Assembly: GCA_013239625.1 (NCBI GenBank)
Contig: MU054338.1
Span: 1-64,000, forward strand
Source of the DNA: Lama guanicoe
Taxonomy: Eukaryota
DNA: 64,000 bases
Direction of reading: 5' to 3'
Part shown: piece after piece, positions 20,721 to 49,450 of the stretch
Position numbering within the stretch: position 1 is the first letter of the stretch
How the letters are laid out: each line of letters starts with the position of its first letter
Program-made: the position numbers and the translations under genes
The notes under the pieces: model-generated
Told to the model about the DNA's origin: nothing
Seen by the model: the letters and a program-made list of their open reading frames with translations, nothing else
Databases searched by the model: none

Positions 20721-23700
20721 CTCCTTGGAGAGTGGCACTAGTGCTGTGTGTGAGCTAGTACCTCGGGATCAGGAAATGCCTAAAAGCTGATGGGGTGTCA
20801 TGGCAAAACTGCAAAGGTTGGTTTTCTTTCCCCCTAAGGCTTAAAACCCCAGCGGCCCTTCCACTACCCTGGCACTTGAGAACATCAGGTTCCTCAACAC
20901 CCACCCTGTTTGTGCCAGGCCCTGTTCCTATGTCGCACACTTACTACCCCCTTTTACAGAGAGCAAGCCCCGCCAGGAGGTAGGAACTTGCTCACCCTCT
21001 GGACAGGGTTAGCATTAGGGCTCGTGCCCCACGTTCCCACAGGGTCCCAAGGCAGCCCTGAGTGGGAGGCTCCTGGGGGTCAGAAGCAGGGAAGCTGGGG
21101 AACCTGAGGCCCCAGGGGCCCATCGCATCCACTCTCGGTGTCCACGCACTCCCACTGGGTCTTCTGGGCTGGAACCATCTGAAAGGGCTTGGTAGTGCCA
21201 GCACCTCCTCGAGACTCCCGCTTCGACCCCACAGGACACCAGAGGGGGTCTGTCACTCTCTCAAGGTCACACAGTGAGAAGATGGAACCCTAGCAGCCTG
21301 TCCCCAGCCTCACCCCCTCCAAAAATCTTGAAGCAGATGTTTCTCAGCTTCTTTCAGAGATGAAGGGAGTCAGGTCCACGGAGGGGCAGCCCCTGGCCAA
21401 GGTCAAGCATCTGGGACTTGAACTAAGAGCCCCTGTACCTGCTTCCTGGGAGGGGGAGGGGGAGTGGGGGGTGGGGCGAGGGGGGTCCGAGGAGAGAGCC
21501 AAGTCGTTGGAGTCAGGGACAGTGCACAGTTGATCTGCAGCTCCTCCACCACTGGGGCTGAGGGGCATTTCTCTGGGCCAAAGCCCCTACACCCCGGAAC
21601 AACTATCCTTAAGCAAGCCAGCAGGCACCCCCACACACACTCAAAATAACTCAGCCCACCCCCAGGACATGACAAGCTCCTGCATGGAAACTGCAGGACC
21701 TGGATTTTCCATCTGTGGTGTGGCAGAGACACGGCGTGGGAGACACGTCCCAGCAACCCCCCCTTTCCAACCACACACCCCAGGAGCTGGGAGGTCACAT
21801 CCTGAAAATGCAGCTTCCTCCCCCAGACTTCCTACAAGGTGGCCAGAAGAATCAGGTTACTTGCCCAGAAGGTCGCCCCCGCCCCATCTGAGCAGGGGTG
21901 GAGCTGTTGCCAGGGGACCCGTCTCAGTCTGGGGAGGCGGGGCATCCAGCACTCCTCCCAGCGAGGCCCTGCCCCAGGCAGGCTCAGGCTCAGCCTACTG
22001 CCTTCCCCGGTGCACTCACCCGGGAGGGGCAGGCCCCAAGGAAAGGCACTTCAGACATCCATTCAGTCCCTCATTCACTCATTCATACCTTGGAATCACC
22101 TGACAAAGTACGGGTGAAGGTGTGGGTGTTACATTCTTATTAGCCGGCACCGTTGCACTTTTGTTCACTTTAACAGTGGACTCAACTTTCAGTTAAGGTA
22201 GAGGTGTGACCTTATATTGGAGTCAACAAAACGCAGGTTCTTTATCGGAGTACCTACTGTGTGCTGGCAGGGGGCGGTCACTGGGAGGGGCTGGCCCGGG
22301 TCGCGGCTGCGGGCAGAGGCTGGGTGGGAAGGCACAGGGCCTGTCCTGATGAGCTCACCAGATGGCTGGAGGGAGGGTGGGCATGAGGCTGGAGCACCAA
22401 AGTGGCCATCCTCCCCGCCCTGCTGACCTCAGTCTCACTTGTCCTCAAAATACCTGGGCAGGGTCAGGATTAAAATGTAGTGAGGGCAGCAAGGATTAGG
22501 ATCAGAGTTAGGATTAGGCCTGGCTCTCCTGCTGGAATCTGCTTAGGCCCCTCGCGGGAGAACCCAGGGCAATGAGGCCACCCTTGGGGACAGAGTGGGG
22601 CTGGGAGCCCGGTGGCTTCTTCCTCACCTGCAAGCTGGAAGGTGCTGACGGTCACTAAGCCCCTAACTGGGTACCAGGCCTCACCTGTGTCCCCTGGAGA
22701 CTGGACCAACTCCCTGTGCCTGGTGGTCACTCCTAAGCACTGGCGCTCAGGGCTCAGAAGGCTGTGGCTTCCTCTCGCCCGACTGTCTCAGCTCAGCCTG
22801 CGGGACTCTGGGCTCGTTCCCAAATGGACTGCTGTGACGATCAGAGAGGGGTGGCTGGGGGTGGGCAGAGAGGGGTCTGCATGCAGTAGAGCCGCCTGAG
22901 TGCAGCCTCTAGTCACCTCTTTCTGTACTTCTCCTGGGGCTCAGGCCATGTGGGAGTCGTCTCCCTGACAGAGGCTCCATTCCCTCTGAGGGCCCCAGGG
23001 TAGAGGCTGCCCCTCCACTGTGCCTGTGATAGGCTGTGACACTTGGGCAGGACTGGCAGAGGGACGGGTAGCCTCAGTGTTTCCTTCTGCAACTGCACAA
23101 CAAGCACAGGATGACACCCCCAGCAGCCCGGCTTACTGGGACGCACTCCTGCAGTGGTGAGCATAGGTACCGGGGCCGGCTTCCTTCAGAACCAAGTATC
23201 CTGCTAGCACTGCTCCTAGCTCTTGGCGACCTTCGAGTCACAGGCAGAGTGACCCTCCGGGTTTCAGCACTGAGCCGCTGTCCTGCCCCGGGAGTCCCCT
23301 GGGCCACCCTGACCCACAGTCCCCTCCCTGTCCCCACCCCCGCCCCGGAGAGTGCTGGCACCACCATCTGTCTGCTCACTCCCAGCCCTGAGCTCCAGGC
23401 GCTCGCTCACTCAGTGCTTCTGACCGACAGTGAACCAGTGAGACAAACTCAGTGCCCAGAGCCCAAGCCTTCGTGGGGTCCTGCCATGTAAGACAAGCCC
23501 ATGAGCCATCTTCATGGAGACTTGGTCTCCACCTGCTTCTCTGAAAACGTGAGAGAAAATGGGGGTCACCACACTACCCACTCAGTCAGGCCCCATTCAC
23601 ACCCCTTCCGTCCCTGCCCCCAAAGCCAGGACGCTGGGCAAGGAGACTCACGCAGAGCTGCTGAGCACGGACGCAGGCCCTCTGGGGCCAGGGTATTATG

Positions 23701-25479
23701 ACTGGTGAGGAAGGTGAGGGAAAGGGTCATGGGCACTACGGGAGGGCCCCTCCTCGCTGACTGGACAGCCCAGCACAGCAGGGGCTGAGTTCGCTTCCCA
23801 AGGGCTCCTGGGCGCCCCAATTCTGAGTCCTCCCTGGGCAAGAAGTGCTGGGGCTCAGACTGTGCAGGGGAGGCCTGGGGGCTCTCTGGGTCACTGGGGC
23901 ACCTGACCCCACAGAAGCCTCCACACGCTGGGGAAGGGGGTTATTCCAGGGGGTGGGGCAGGAGAGCGGCCTTGGCTGGACAGTGAGGCTAAGCCACGGC
24001 TCAGCCTCGACATCTGGACACACACGGGGCACTAAGTGTGCCAGGCAGCACAGTCTCCATGTCCTGCAGCCGCCCAGAAAGAGGGCTGCCAGATGTAACA
24101 AACACACACACAGGACTCGGTGAAATCTGACTCCTAGATGAGCAACAAACCGTTCGATGTTAAGTACGTCCCAAATACCGTCTCGGATATACACCTGTTC
24201 CTGTCATTGCAGTCTGTGTGTCCCGTCGTTCACCTGGCAGCCCCACCCACAAACCCCAAGCCGGGAAAACAAGCAGTGACAGTGGGGTCCAGTCTGGGCA
24301 GGCCCAGGGTCCCCCACACAGCCTGGGACAGGGAGGCTCATGGCAACTTCCCCCCCGCTTCCTGGCCCCACAGACACAGCCTGTGCGTCAGTCTCCAGGT
24401 GTGGCCCTGGCGGATGCCTGGCTCCTTCATCAAGGAGGGGCTGGAGCAGGTTCACCTCCTGGCTTGGTACCTCCATATGGGGTCAGAATGTAGGAGCTCA
24501 CAAAAGACCTCCTCTCCCCCTGTGAAGACACTGGATAAACTAAAGCAAGAACACAGCAACACGTCTCCACAGAGGCGGAGGCCCAGGTGTGGTCGTGGTG
24601 GGGCTGGGATGGGAATCAGAGAAGCCCTGCAGCAGGAAGGGCCTGGTTGACCTCAAGACCCCTGGACCAGAGGTGAACTGAAACCACACAAGCAGAGACC
24701 TGGCAGCCCCGGGATGGACTCTGGAGACGTCACCTTGGCAGCCGAGAAGCCTTCCTGAGGCAAGTGGGACCCACATTCCTCGTCATAGGCCCTGTTGTTC
24801 AATGCCCAGTGACAACCGACAGAACAGGAAGCTCCTGGTCGACAGCAATGCCCCCCAACTCCAGTCTCCCGAGAGCTCCCCTCACTGCAGCCCTGCTCCC
24901 TCCCAAGGAAACTGCCAGTACTCTGGCCCGGCACCGCCCTCTGGCCTGGCACCGCCCTCTGGCCTCAGGGCTCCCTCCAACCCAGCTGCCACCATTCCTG
25001 CCCCCAGACTTGGCTCCTTCTCCCCAGAAGGCCAGCCCCTCTCCGGAATGCCTGTCCGACCCCATGAGGGGAGTGACCCCTCCTGCCCGGCGAGAGCTCC
25101 CGGTGCCCGGATGGGCATCAGGCGCAAGGACAAATCTCACCCAAGGACTTTTCTTGGAGCTACTGGTGAAGAGGCTCTCTGCAGGGACCACAGATTTCAG
25201 GTCGCGTCCTGGGGCTTCTGGTGGCGCCTCAGGCACCATGCAGGGCCAAGCGCAAAGCAAGTGAGGAAGAGGGAGCAGAACGCTGACATCACGATGACAC
25301 TGGCCCTGGAGTCTGCTCCTGTGCCCTGGATGCACCTGGACATGCCCTGGACACTCCCCTGCCGGTGCAAGAGTGACCCTCACCCCAGCACGGCGCTGAC
25401 CTGCCACCACCACAGGGGCATGACTGGGTCCCGGCTGGTGGGAGGAAGGCACGCAGGCACGGGGAGCTCAGCAGGGCAC

Positions 25480-26200
25480 TGGTGGGATCCGAGTCAACAC
25501 GATGGAAGTAACGCGTTTACAGACAACCATCAAAAAGGGGGGAACTGTGGCCCGTAACTGTGGGGGGAAGAGTAGTAACAGAAGCATCTCCAGAAGTGAT
25601 CCGGATGCTGAAACAGCACAGACTTACAGGAACTTTATAAAAAGGATAAAGAACACGCACACAGATGTAAATTGGAGCATTTCAGCAAATAAATGAAAAA
25701 CACAAGTGCAGACACTAGAATTAAAATACACAGCAAACGCGCTGACGATGCCGTGTGGCAGACCAAGTGAGACCCCAGAACAGCAGAGGGCAGGTGGGAG
25801 AGAACAGAGGGACACGTGGTCCGTGCACATCAGGGTGTCCCCGTGTACCTGGGACCAGGGGGACTGAGGCGCAGCAGACATTGGAACAGGTATTGGCCAG
25901 GACGGCCCCACACTGATGGAAGGCATCCACCCTCAGGTTCACGGGGGAAGCTACACCAGGTGCGTCACCACCAAACAAAGAAAACCGGTCAGAAAACGCG
26001 TACGTGTATTTGGGAACACGAGTTAAGAGTGACCAGGTGTTTCTCAGAAACAAGAGAAGCCAGGAATATATGGAACATCTTCAAAATGCTGAAGGAAGTT
26101 TTTAAAAAAAGTGCTTGAAAAACAAAGGCGTTAGGACTTTCCCACCAAGGAGGGCTCCAAGCATCACAGCCAACTCCCTTTACCGAGACCTCGGAACCCG
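25480..26200 (+). mobile_element. Highly diverged old L1 ORF1-region fragment
   Basis: A-rich L1M-like motifs (GATCCGGATGCTGAA..CAGCACAGACTT, GAAGCCAGGAATATATGGAACATCTTCAAAATGCTGAAGGAA). Confidence 0.55.
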
Positions 26201-27042
26201 GGACCCACAGGAAGGGTGAGCACCCACCTCCAAGTGGCTGGGGAAAACACTGGTCAGAACAGCCAAACCCCGAACCCGAGGGGGTCAGGGAGCAGCGGGC
26301 AGGAACACAAACGATGCAGCTGCTCCGGACGGCAGGTAGGAGGGTCCTCACAAGACTTTACATCACCACCCAGCTCAGCTCCTGGGTCCTCAGCCAACTG
26401 AGGTGAGAGACCCTGTGTCCAAACAAAAACCCACCCGTAGCGGCCCACAGGGAAACCACCGGGAGCCCATCAGCAGGTGCACAGGTAAGCACCCTGGTCC
26501 GTCCAGACGGGGATGTCGCTCTGCGTGAAGGAATCAGCTGGAAGCCATGAAAAGCCTGGAGGAAACTCAGACGCACATGACCAAGGGCAGGAGGCCAACC
26601 TGAAAAGGCCACACCCTGCTCACAGCGGGAGGCGTCACAAGAGCTATGGAGATGAGGATGAGGGCAGAGCTCCCCCGAGAGCAGGGGCCAGGACATGGGG
26701 CACAGCTCCTCCAAAGCACCAAAGCAAAAGCTCCAACCGAAGTGAGTCCTTAGTCCCTCATCCAGATGCTGGCACAGCCAGCCCTGCGAGGCCCGGCCCT
26801 GACGCCGGCTCCTGATCCGCCTTCCACCCGAGGCCTCCCTTCCCAGCTGGAGAGCGGTCACACGGTGGCTGTGAAGACTCCAGGGCCGCAGACAGGGAAC
26901 AGAACCTGCCCCCCACCCCGCTGCCCTCAGCCTCCCTGCTGGGACGGGGGCCCCTCCCAGCTCTGCCCCTGCTGTGGCCCCAGCAGCTCCCAAGCCCCAG
27001 CGGCCTGATGGCACCACGCGCACCCAAGGGCTTCAAATCAAG

Positions 27043-27048
27043 TTTAAT
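27043..27048 (-). terminator. Probable MIER2 polyadenylation signal (ATTAAA)
   Basis: TTTTATTTATTAAA on the minus strand, about 880 nt downstream of the MIER2 stop codon. Confidence 0.65.
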
Positions 27049-27925
27049 AAATAAAACAGCACGGGGTCAAGGCAGTCATCACTTCACAGTGTGGTCCTTG
27101 TGGGAGAGAGGTGTGGTTAAGTCCGGCCTGCAGACGGGCTCGAGCCACGTCCTCTTGTGGTGACACCAGGGCCTGGAGCACTGCCCTGCCCCCGGAGGAC
27201 CCCACTCCAATTTGTAAACAGAAACATAAATAAAATGAGGGAGGAGGACCAGGACCCCAGGCTGTCTCATGGGAGCCTCAACAGAAACAGGACCTGCGGG
27301 GTCAGGGGACCGGGCTGGAGCCGCCCCCTGGTGCTGCAGGCAACAGGGCCCTGGTTGCCAGGGGGTGTGAGTCCCGTCTCCTCAGACCCACGCCTGAGGC
27401 TGCCAGGGGCCCCAGGTGGAGAAAGGGAGGATGGGGCATAAAGTGCGGCGTTTCCTGAAGTGGAGAGAGCGGGCAGAGGTGGAGGGCGGGGCAGGCTGAC
27501 GTCGAGGTATATGGCTCTGTGCCCCACGGGGTTTGGCACCGAGTAGCAGCTGCCCCTGACCCTGGGCTGGGGCATCCCGCAGTCCGGCCAGGTGCAGGGA
27601 GTCGGGTGAGCAGAGTGCAACGGGTGCCCCGGCGGAGGCTGCTGGTGGGGGCGGCGTCCTGCCCGCTCTCTGCATCTCCCTGGGCAGCCCTCTGTGCCCA
27701 GCCATCCGATGGGTCCCTTGGTGGGCACAGCCACCTGGAGCTGAGCAGTGCCATGCGTGTGGGGAGGAAGGGGCCACCGCTCACCCCAGTCCTTGAAGTG
27801 TTCTGAGCAGAGGAGGCACTGCTCAAGGCCCACGAGGAGGGGAGGGTTGGGAAGACTGACGGAGGCAGGCCTTGTGGCAGCCCCAAGTCCAGTGTGGGCC
27901 ACACGCGCCCGCCTGTGGCCAGGGA

Positions 27926-42633
<14,708 letters not shown>

Positions 42634-42974
42634 CTGTGAAGAAGAAAAGCAGGTTAGCCACCATCTCGAGGTCAGAGCCCTGCTCCCTGGGGACATCAGG
42701 TCCCCAAGGGCTGGAGGGGGGGCTCCACACATGGGACTGGGCGTGCGGCCTCGAGAAGGGACTCCTGGCTCCTGAGTCAGAGGACGCGTGGCAGCTCCGG
42801 AACCTCGGCTCCACCTCCAAGTGGGAAGACAGCACCCAAGGGCCAGGGTGAGCCTGGCGTGGCTGGCACCCAGCTGAGTTCACACTGGCCCCCACCCAGC
42901 AGGCAGACACTAAGGCCACGTCAACACAAAAGCCACCTCAAAAGGGTCCCAGCCTCCAGAAACCTGGCCTTCAA

Positions 42975-45900
42975 AAGGCACATAGTTGCTTTGGAGAAAT
43001 CTGGCAATTCCTCCAAAGGTAAAAAGTTACCAAGGATCAGTAGTTAATTCTACTCCTATGTACGCACCCAGGAGAACCAAAAACATACATCCATGCTAAA
43101 ATGTGTACACCCACATTCACAGAAACATGATTCACAACAGTCAAAAGGTGTAAACATCCACATACCCAACAGCAAGTGACAGATAAACACAATGTGGTCC
43201 ATCGTATGATGAAATATTACTCAGTCCCAAAAAAGGAGAGAAGCCCTGACACCCGCTCCCACGTGGACAGATCCCGAGAGCACGGCACTCAGTGAGAGAA
43301 GCAGACACAGAAGGACACACAGCGTGTGAGTCCACGGATGTGAAACGTCCAGAACAGTCCAGTCCACAGACACAGAGAGGGGGCTCCTGGCTGTCAGGGG
43401 CTGAGGGAGATGGTGGGGGAGTGACTATAATGGGGACAGGGTTTCCTTTGGGGATGTGGAATGTTCTAGAACTCGATGAAGGTGAAGGTTTCAAAACTCT
43501 GTGAACATACTGAAAACTACTGAATGAAACAATTTAGATGGGTGTATTCTGAGGTATATACACTATACCTTAGATTTTTCCTAAACGCAAATAAAAGCAT
43601 TATAATGGGTATCATCATCTCCATGTTCGGAAGTGTACTGAGAATAAGAAAACTAGACCAACACCTGTCACGAAGAGAAACACAAAACCCCTCAACAGAA
43701 CACCAGCAAAGAGAATTCAGCAACATAGCGCCCTGGAGATGGTGGCGGAGAGGGACTCATCACAGGGACACAGACGTCAGCGTGAGTCACCCGCCCCATC
43801 ACAGACCAGAGCACAAACCCAGGTGATCACCTCGACGGGGCAGGGCAAGCATTCAGCAAAGTTCAACACCCTTTCACGCTAAAAACACTCAACGGACTAG
43901 GACTGAAGGAGCTCCCCGCTGAAGGCATGACAGGACCCCAGCTCCAGCACCTCGGAAGGAAAGGCTGGCGGGGCCTCCCCGGGACCAGGGGCACCTCTCC
44001 TGCTTGACGTCATAACAGAGGTTCCATCAGGGCAGGAACACGAAATAAAAGGAACCCAAACTGGAAAGACTTCTTTCTGCAGGCATCATGAACTTGGACA
44101 CAGAAGACACTAAAGAAACCTGAGCCAATAAACGAGTTCAGCAAGGTTGCAAGACACAAGAGCAGCAAGTGAAAGTCAATTTTATCCCTACATACTAGCA
44201 ACGAACAATCCAAAAGGGAGGGAAGGAGAACAATTCCATTTACAAAGCAGCAGAAAGAATGAAACACTTCTGAATAAATCTAGCAGAAAAAGTCCAAAAC
44301 TAATACTCTGGGAAACACAAAACATGTTGAAAGTAATTAAAAGGTCGAAATAAGTGGAAAGACATATTATATTCATAGCTCAAAAGACTGACTGCTGCTA
44401 AGATGTCAATATTCTTCAGTTCATCTACAGATTCAAGGGAATGCCTATCAGAATTTCAGTTGGCTTCGATGTAGAAACTGAGATTCCAAACAACATATGA
44501 AAACTTAGGACCCAGAAAAGCCAAAACAATCTTGAAACTGAAGAACAGTTTCTGATCTTAGAAGTACTCCAAAGCTACAGCAATCCAAACAGTGTGGTAC
44601 TGACAGAAGGCTAGATATTCAGATCAAATTAACAGAATTGAGAATCCAGAAATAAACACATTTACAGTCAAGTGAATTTCGAAAAGGGTGACAGAAAAAT
44701 TCAAGGGGAAATGAAAAGTCTCTCAAACGAATAGTGTAAGGACAACTGGACGTCCAAATGCAAAACACTGAAGTCAACCCTGTCTCACACCACACACAAA
44801 ACTAGCTCAACACGGATCAGAAACCTTACATGTAAGGGCCCAACCTGTAAAACTCTTAGAAGAAAACAGGATAAATCTTCTGTTACCTTGGACTAGGCAA
44901 TGGTTTCTTAGATAAGACACAAATAGCATAAGCAACAAAAGAAAAAAAAAGATAAAACTTCATCAAAATAAAAATTTTGATGCTTCAAAGGACATTATCA
45001 TGAAAGGAAAAAGACAAATCACAGAACGACACAAAATATCTGCAAATCATACAGCTGAAAAGGGACTTGTGTCCAGACATACAAAGAACTCTCACAACTC
45101 ATTAATAAGAAGACAACCCAATTTTTAAATGGGCAAAGGATCTGAATAGACATTTCTCCAAAGAGATACACAAAGGGCCAATAAGCAGGTGAAAAATCAA
45201 CGCTCAATATCAGGAAAGCAAACCAATACCACGAAGACACAATCCAGGACCGGCTGTGGTCAGGTGATCAGGAAGCCAGCTGACAACGCCGGGGCGCTGG
45301 GGCGGGACAAGGGGCAGCTGCCAAGGAGCACCCCAGCAGCTCCCCAGAAGTCACAGCCAGAGGCGCCACACGACCCAGCAACGCCAGCCGGGGTGCACAC
45401 CCAGGAGTCCGAGTGTGCACCCCAAACATGCCGCTCTGGCTCAGGGCCACCGCCCGCAGAAGGCAAGTGGGCAGAGAGGAGACGGGAAGAAAGACAGCCT
45501 TCCCTACTCCCCCCACGAGGCGCTGCCCTGGGATTCCTCGGCCGGCCCCATGTCAGGCCTCTGCAGTTACACTTATGATCTGCTGTTAAGATGCCGTGAA
45601 GCCCAAGCCCTGACCACCCCTCACCCGAGTTCTCCCGCGTGACGTGCGCCGCCTAGTCTCTCTTGCTAAATCACAGGGCTGCATTGGGGAGCTGAAGGGC
45701 AGAGGGAACACCCAAGAGAAATGAAAACACACAACTCCGCTGAAACCTGCTCACAGATGTTCTCAGCAGTGTGATTCACACGGGCCAATGGCGGACAGAG
45801 CCCTAATGACCATCAGCGGGAACAGCACTCAGCCACGAGGACGAGAGAGGCGCTGATGCTCGCTGCGGCTGGAGAACATGGTGCTCAGTGAGAGAAGCCA
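42975..45900 (+). mobile_element. L1 fragments (3'-end piece plus ORF2 segment) in MIER2 intron 1
   Basis: ORF2 landmarks at 44100-45250 (AAGATGTCAATATTC..CATCTACAGATTCAA, AAAATATCTGCAAATCATACAGCTGAAAAGGGACTTG) and an L1MB-like 3' UTR at 42975-43580. Confidence 0.85.
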
Positions 45901-47699
45901 GACGCTCCTCCTTCAGGCAAGGGACACTGAGGTGCCTCCAGAGCTGGGCGGGGTTCCATGCCCCCTCCCGGTGCCCTGCTGGGCCAGCGACTGTGGTGGG
46001 AGGGGTTCTACGTGACCTCCAGGATGAGTCTGTGACATGCAGTGCAGTTTCCAACAGCCGCTACACTATGAGGAAGCACGAGCCCCAGGGAAAGGCCACA
46101 CCAACAGCCACACTTGGATGAGGAAGCTTTCCTCCGCTGGAGTTGGCTCAGCCCCGCCACCAACCAACCACAATTACGTGAGAGACCCAGAGTGAAAACC
46201 GCCTGGCTGAGCCCAGTCCACCCTCAAACCATGAAAGGTAATTAAAGCCATCTTTGCTTTGAGAAAGTTTCGAGGTGATTCACCATGCAGCAGTAGCTAA
46301 CCAGGACACCCTCCAGCCACCTCATCCTGCAGAGGCGTGTGGCCCCGCTGGACTGCCTAGCGCCTCATCCCTCCCTCTGACCGCTGTGAGCCCAGCGAGT
46401 GCACAGTAGCTAATTGACAAACAGGTTCCGCCTGTGCACCCACAAGTCCCAGTCTGGATGAACACAGTTAACAAACAAGTAACAAGTGTACCTGCACAGC
46501 ACTGCGGGGAGAAAGCAGAGGGGGCTGCACAGCCAGGGGTCAGGGCGGGCCTCCATGGCAGAGGCCTGCAGGGCAGCAACAGCACCACGCAGCGAGTCCC
46601 TCTAAGGGCAGAGACTGCACGAGGAAACAGAAGGAGCCAGGGGGTGGAGTAAGGTGAGGGGAGATCAGAGATCCAGGGGAGAACACACCACCAGGCTGAG
46701 GGTCCAAGAAGGAGACACACTTTATCTCGGGACAACAAAGACACCAAGACAAAGATGGTGTGCTTGGGTTTTTCAGAGTTGAGCTGGTGCTGTGGGGAAA
46801 ACAGTACGAAGCGTCTCCTCTCACCCTGCTCATGGCCAATAACCACAGGTACCCACTGCTTGGTTACAAATCGCCATTTTAACAGATTCAAGACAGCTGG
46901 CTCTCAGTGACTGCATAGGGTTCAGCTTCCCTGTGCAAGCTCGGAGCCAAGATCTCCTGAGACCTCCTCATTTCAGTGGGAGTGACCAGCCCAAGGTCAC
47001 ACAGAGTAAGAGGTCCAGAGCCACAACAGGTATCCTGGGCAGAGGCTGGCTACGCTCATCACCACTGGCATGTGCACACCTGTCATCCTTTACAGACCAG
47101 CATTCCTCTGACCATGTCTGCTGGCTGCCATGGAGCCAGACACACAGGCTTTCTTTCAGGAAACCACCTCAAACTCACTCAACAGGCACCACCCCAAACT
47201 GTACACAGAAGTAGTGGGAGCACCCAGACCTGGCTGCCATGGGGGCTCCAGGGCTCTGCCCTGACAAGGCAGAGTCAACAGCCAAACCCAGCAGCTCTCA
47301 GGAGAGGCTGGCTGGGAACTCTGCCCCATCCACCTGTGACTCTCAGCTACCTGCCCGGCCAAGAATGCTGGCCCTTGAGCCAGACGCGCACACAGACCAC
47401 CATGCCCCTGCTGGGCCATCATGAGACCTAGCTTCTGCCTCCATCCACAAGTCCAGGCACGGCCCCCATGAGGCCTGTTTCCCTAAACACCCCAAGGAAG
47501 GAGAACTACTCTGGAAGGACCCTTTGGGTCCAGCAACACAGCATAAGGCAGGAGCTGGCTGGGGAAGCCTGGCCTTGCGCTGAGATGCCCACACCCTCTG
47601 GCGCAAATGCAGGGCCTGTTGTTGCCCCTGAGAAGGTCACCACCCTCCACAACGTCTACCCAGCTGTGCCGGGGGGCGGGGGGGGGAACACCCACGTGG

Positions 47700-49450
47700 C
47701 CCCGTGACCAGGCGGATCAACCCAGGATCCTGCTGCACCCCGTCGGCGCGTGCCTGCTCCTCCCGGGTCTCGGGTCTTGGGTCTCGGCGGCCCCGCCCAC
47801 CGGGACGCGCGCGGCTGAGCCCGTGCACCGGCTTGCCGTCCCCAGACTGAATGTCGCGCGCTGACTCCCTAGCAAGCGCGTTATCTCACTTCACCCCCAC
47901 TAGAGTCCTGGAGGGTGAGAGCAGGTCCGCACTGTCTTGTTCAACATTCAGAAAAGCCCCTGAAAGTTTTTCTTCCTGATCCGATCAGACATGAAGCTAC
48001 ACGGTGTCTGTATCCCAGACGGTCCTAGGTGAGTTTGCTCAAGCATCACAGTTCCAAACCCCAAAGATCCCCAAGCCGGAAAAACTACTAATTACAAAGT
48101 CTATCTGGCCCCAGGGATTTCGGGGAAGGAAGGGGTCTTGGGCCTGCTTTCCGGACAGGCGAGGCTCGGAGAAGTAACTTCAAGCCGCGGGTAAAGGCAG
48201 CGTTACGTCCCCCGCGGGCCGGAGCTCCAATCCCGCCCGGGGTCCGACGGGAGCGCGGGTCCGCGGGGGTCAGCGCCGCGGGGAGTGAGGGCCAGCGCGC
48301 TGGGGCCTGGGGTCCGGAGGGAGGGCGCGCTCGGCCAAGTTAGCGCGCGCCGGGGGCGAAGGTGGGGAGCCGGGGCGCGCCCCACCCCCGCCCGCCCCCT
48401 CCCCACGCCGCGCCCCCGCCCCCGCGCTGCACATGCGCATTACCGCCCGCGATGTGGCAGCCGGAGTGGGGGGGGGCCGGGGCCGGGGGTGGCCGCCGAT
48501 GGAGCCCCGCACCCCTCGGGCCCCCCACGGAAGCGGCGCCGCGGCCCGACTCCCGAACCCCAGGCCGGGGGTCTTGGCGCCCGGGGACCCGACTCGGCTG
48601 GGTCCGGGCGGCGGGGCGCGGGCGGGGCGGNNNNNNNNNNNNNNNNNNNNNNNNNNNNNNNNNNNNNNNNNNNNNNNNNNNNNNNNTGCGGGGCCGCGCG
48701 CTCATTGGCTGCGGCGCCCGAGGGGGCGGGGGCGCCGGGGCGGGGCCGGGGGCTGGGCGCGGGCGGGCGCGTAGTAGGTGCGCGGGCGGGGACGCGCGGG
48801 CGGGCGCGGGGTTCGGGCTTCCGCGTGAACCTGGGCTGTCCCTGGGTGGGCGGTGCTGGATGCCACTAACGAAAGTACTGATTCCCGACAAGCACGCCTT
48901 CGCAGGGAGCGCTGGCCCCAGCCCCTCCCACTCGCACGGCCGAATTCCGTCAGTGTCCCTGTTACAGACGAGGACCCCGAGGCCCGGAGCGACCGCCCGG
49001 TTCGTGAGCGATGGAGCTGGGACTGAAGGCGGGCAGCGAGTTCTGGAACTTTCTGCACTCTTGCACCCGTGATGATGGGCCTCCTTGGGGTGCCTGGAGT
49101 CCGAGTGCCCAGGGTGGGCAGCAGAGGTGGAGGCCAGCCCGGCCACTGGCTCTGGGCCGGTGGTTGTCGTGGGATGTAACCCACTGATTAAACGTTATGA
49201 ACCTGCGCTGGGCCCCCGGGCAAGCGTGAACGAGCCGGTCCTGACATGGGTGCCCCGTGTCCTCACAGACTGAGACGTGCTGTGGGCATCAGGGCAGGAG
49301 GTGTACACGGCGCGAGTGGAAACGGAGAGGGTGGGAAAGGGGGACCCACAGACGCCCCGGCGCAGTGAAGGTGGAGGGAGCAGGAAGGAGGTCCCCGGAT
49401 TTCCGGACAAACGGGGAAGAATGGAACTGGGGAGATGGGAAACTCAAGAG
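47700..49450. promoter_or_regulatory. CpG-island promoter of MIER2 (contains a 56-nt assembly gap)
   Basis: Extreme CpG density, GC boxes, an NRF1-like TGCACATGCGCA (48428-48439), a CCAAT box on the minus strand just after the gap, and N-run 48631-48686. Confidence 0.85.

Noticed and set aside
19093..20738. Many long overlapping ORFs (up to 246 aa) around PLPP2 exon 1
   Set aside because: Pro/Gly/Arg-rich, low-complexity translations expected from stop-poor CpG-island DNA. Only the 52-nt exon 1 has recognisable homology.
22460..22520. TTAGG-like motifs (GGATTAGGATCAGAGTTAGGATTAGG)
   Set aside because: Too short and degenerate to call an interstitial telomeric sequence.
22900..27000. Long ORFs in the PLPP2-MIER2 intergenic region (e.g. 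24802-25557, 251 aa; 26358-27023, 221 aa)
   Set aside because: No recognisable domain, open in several frames on both strands, and partly overlapping GC-shifted old L1 sequence.
48285..49184. ORFs spanning the N-gap
   Set aside because: Artefacts of N translation and CpG-island composition.
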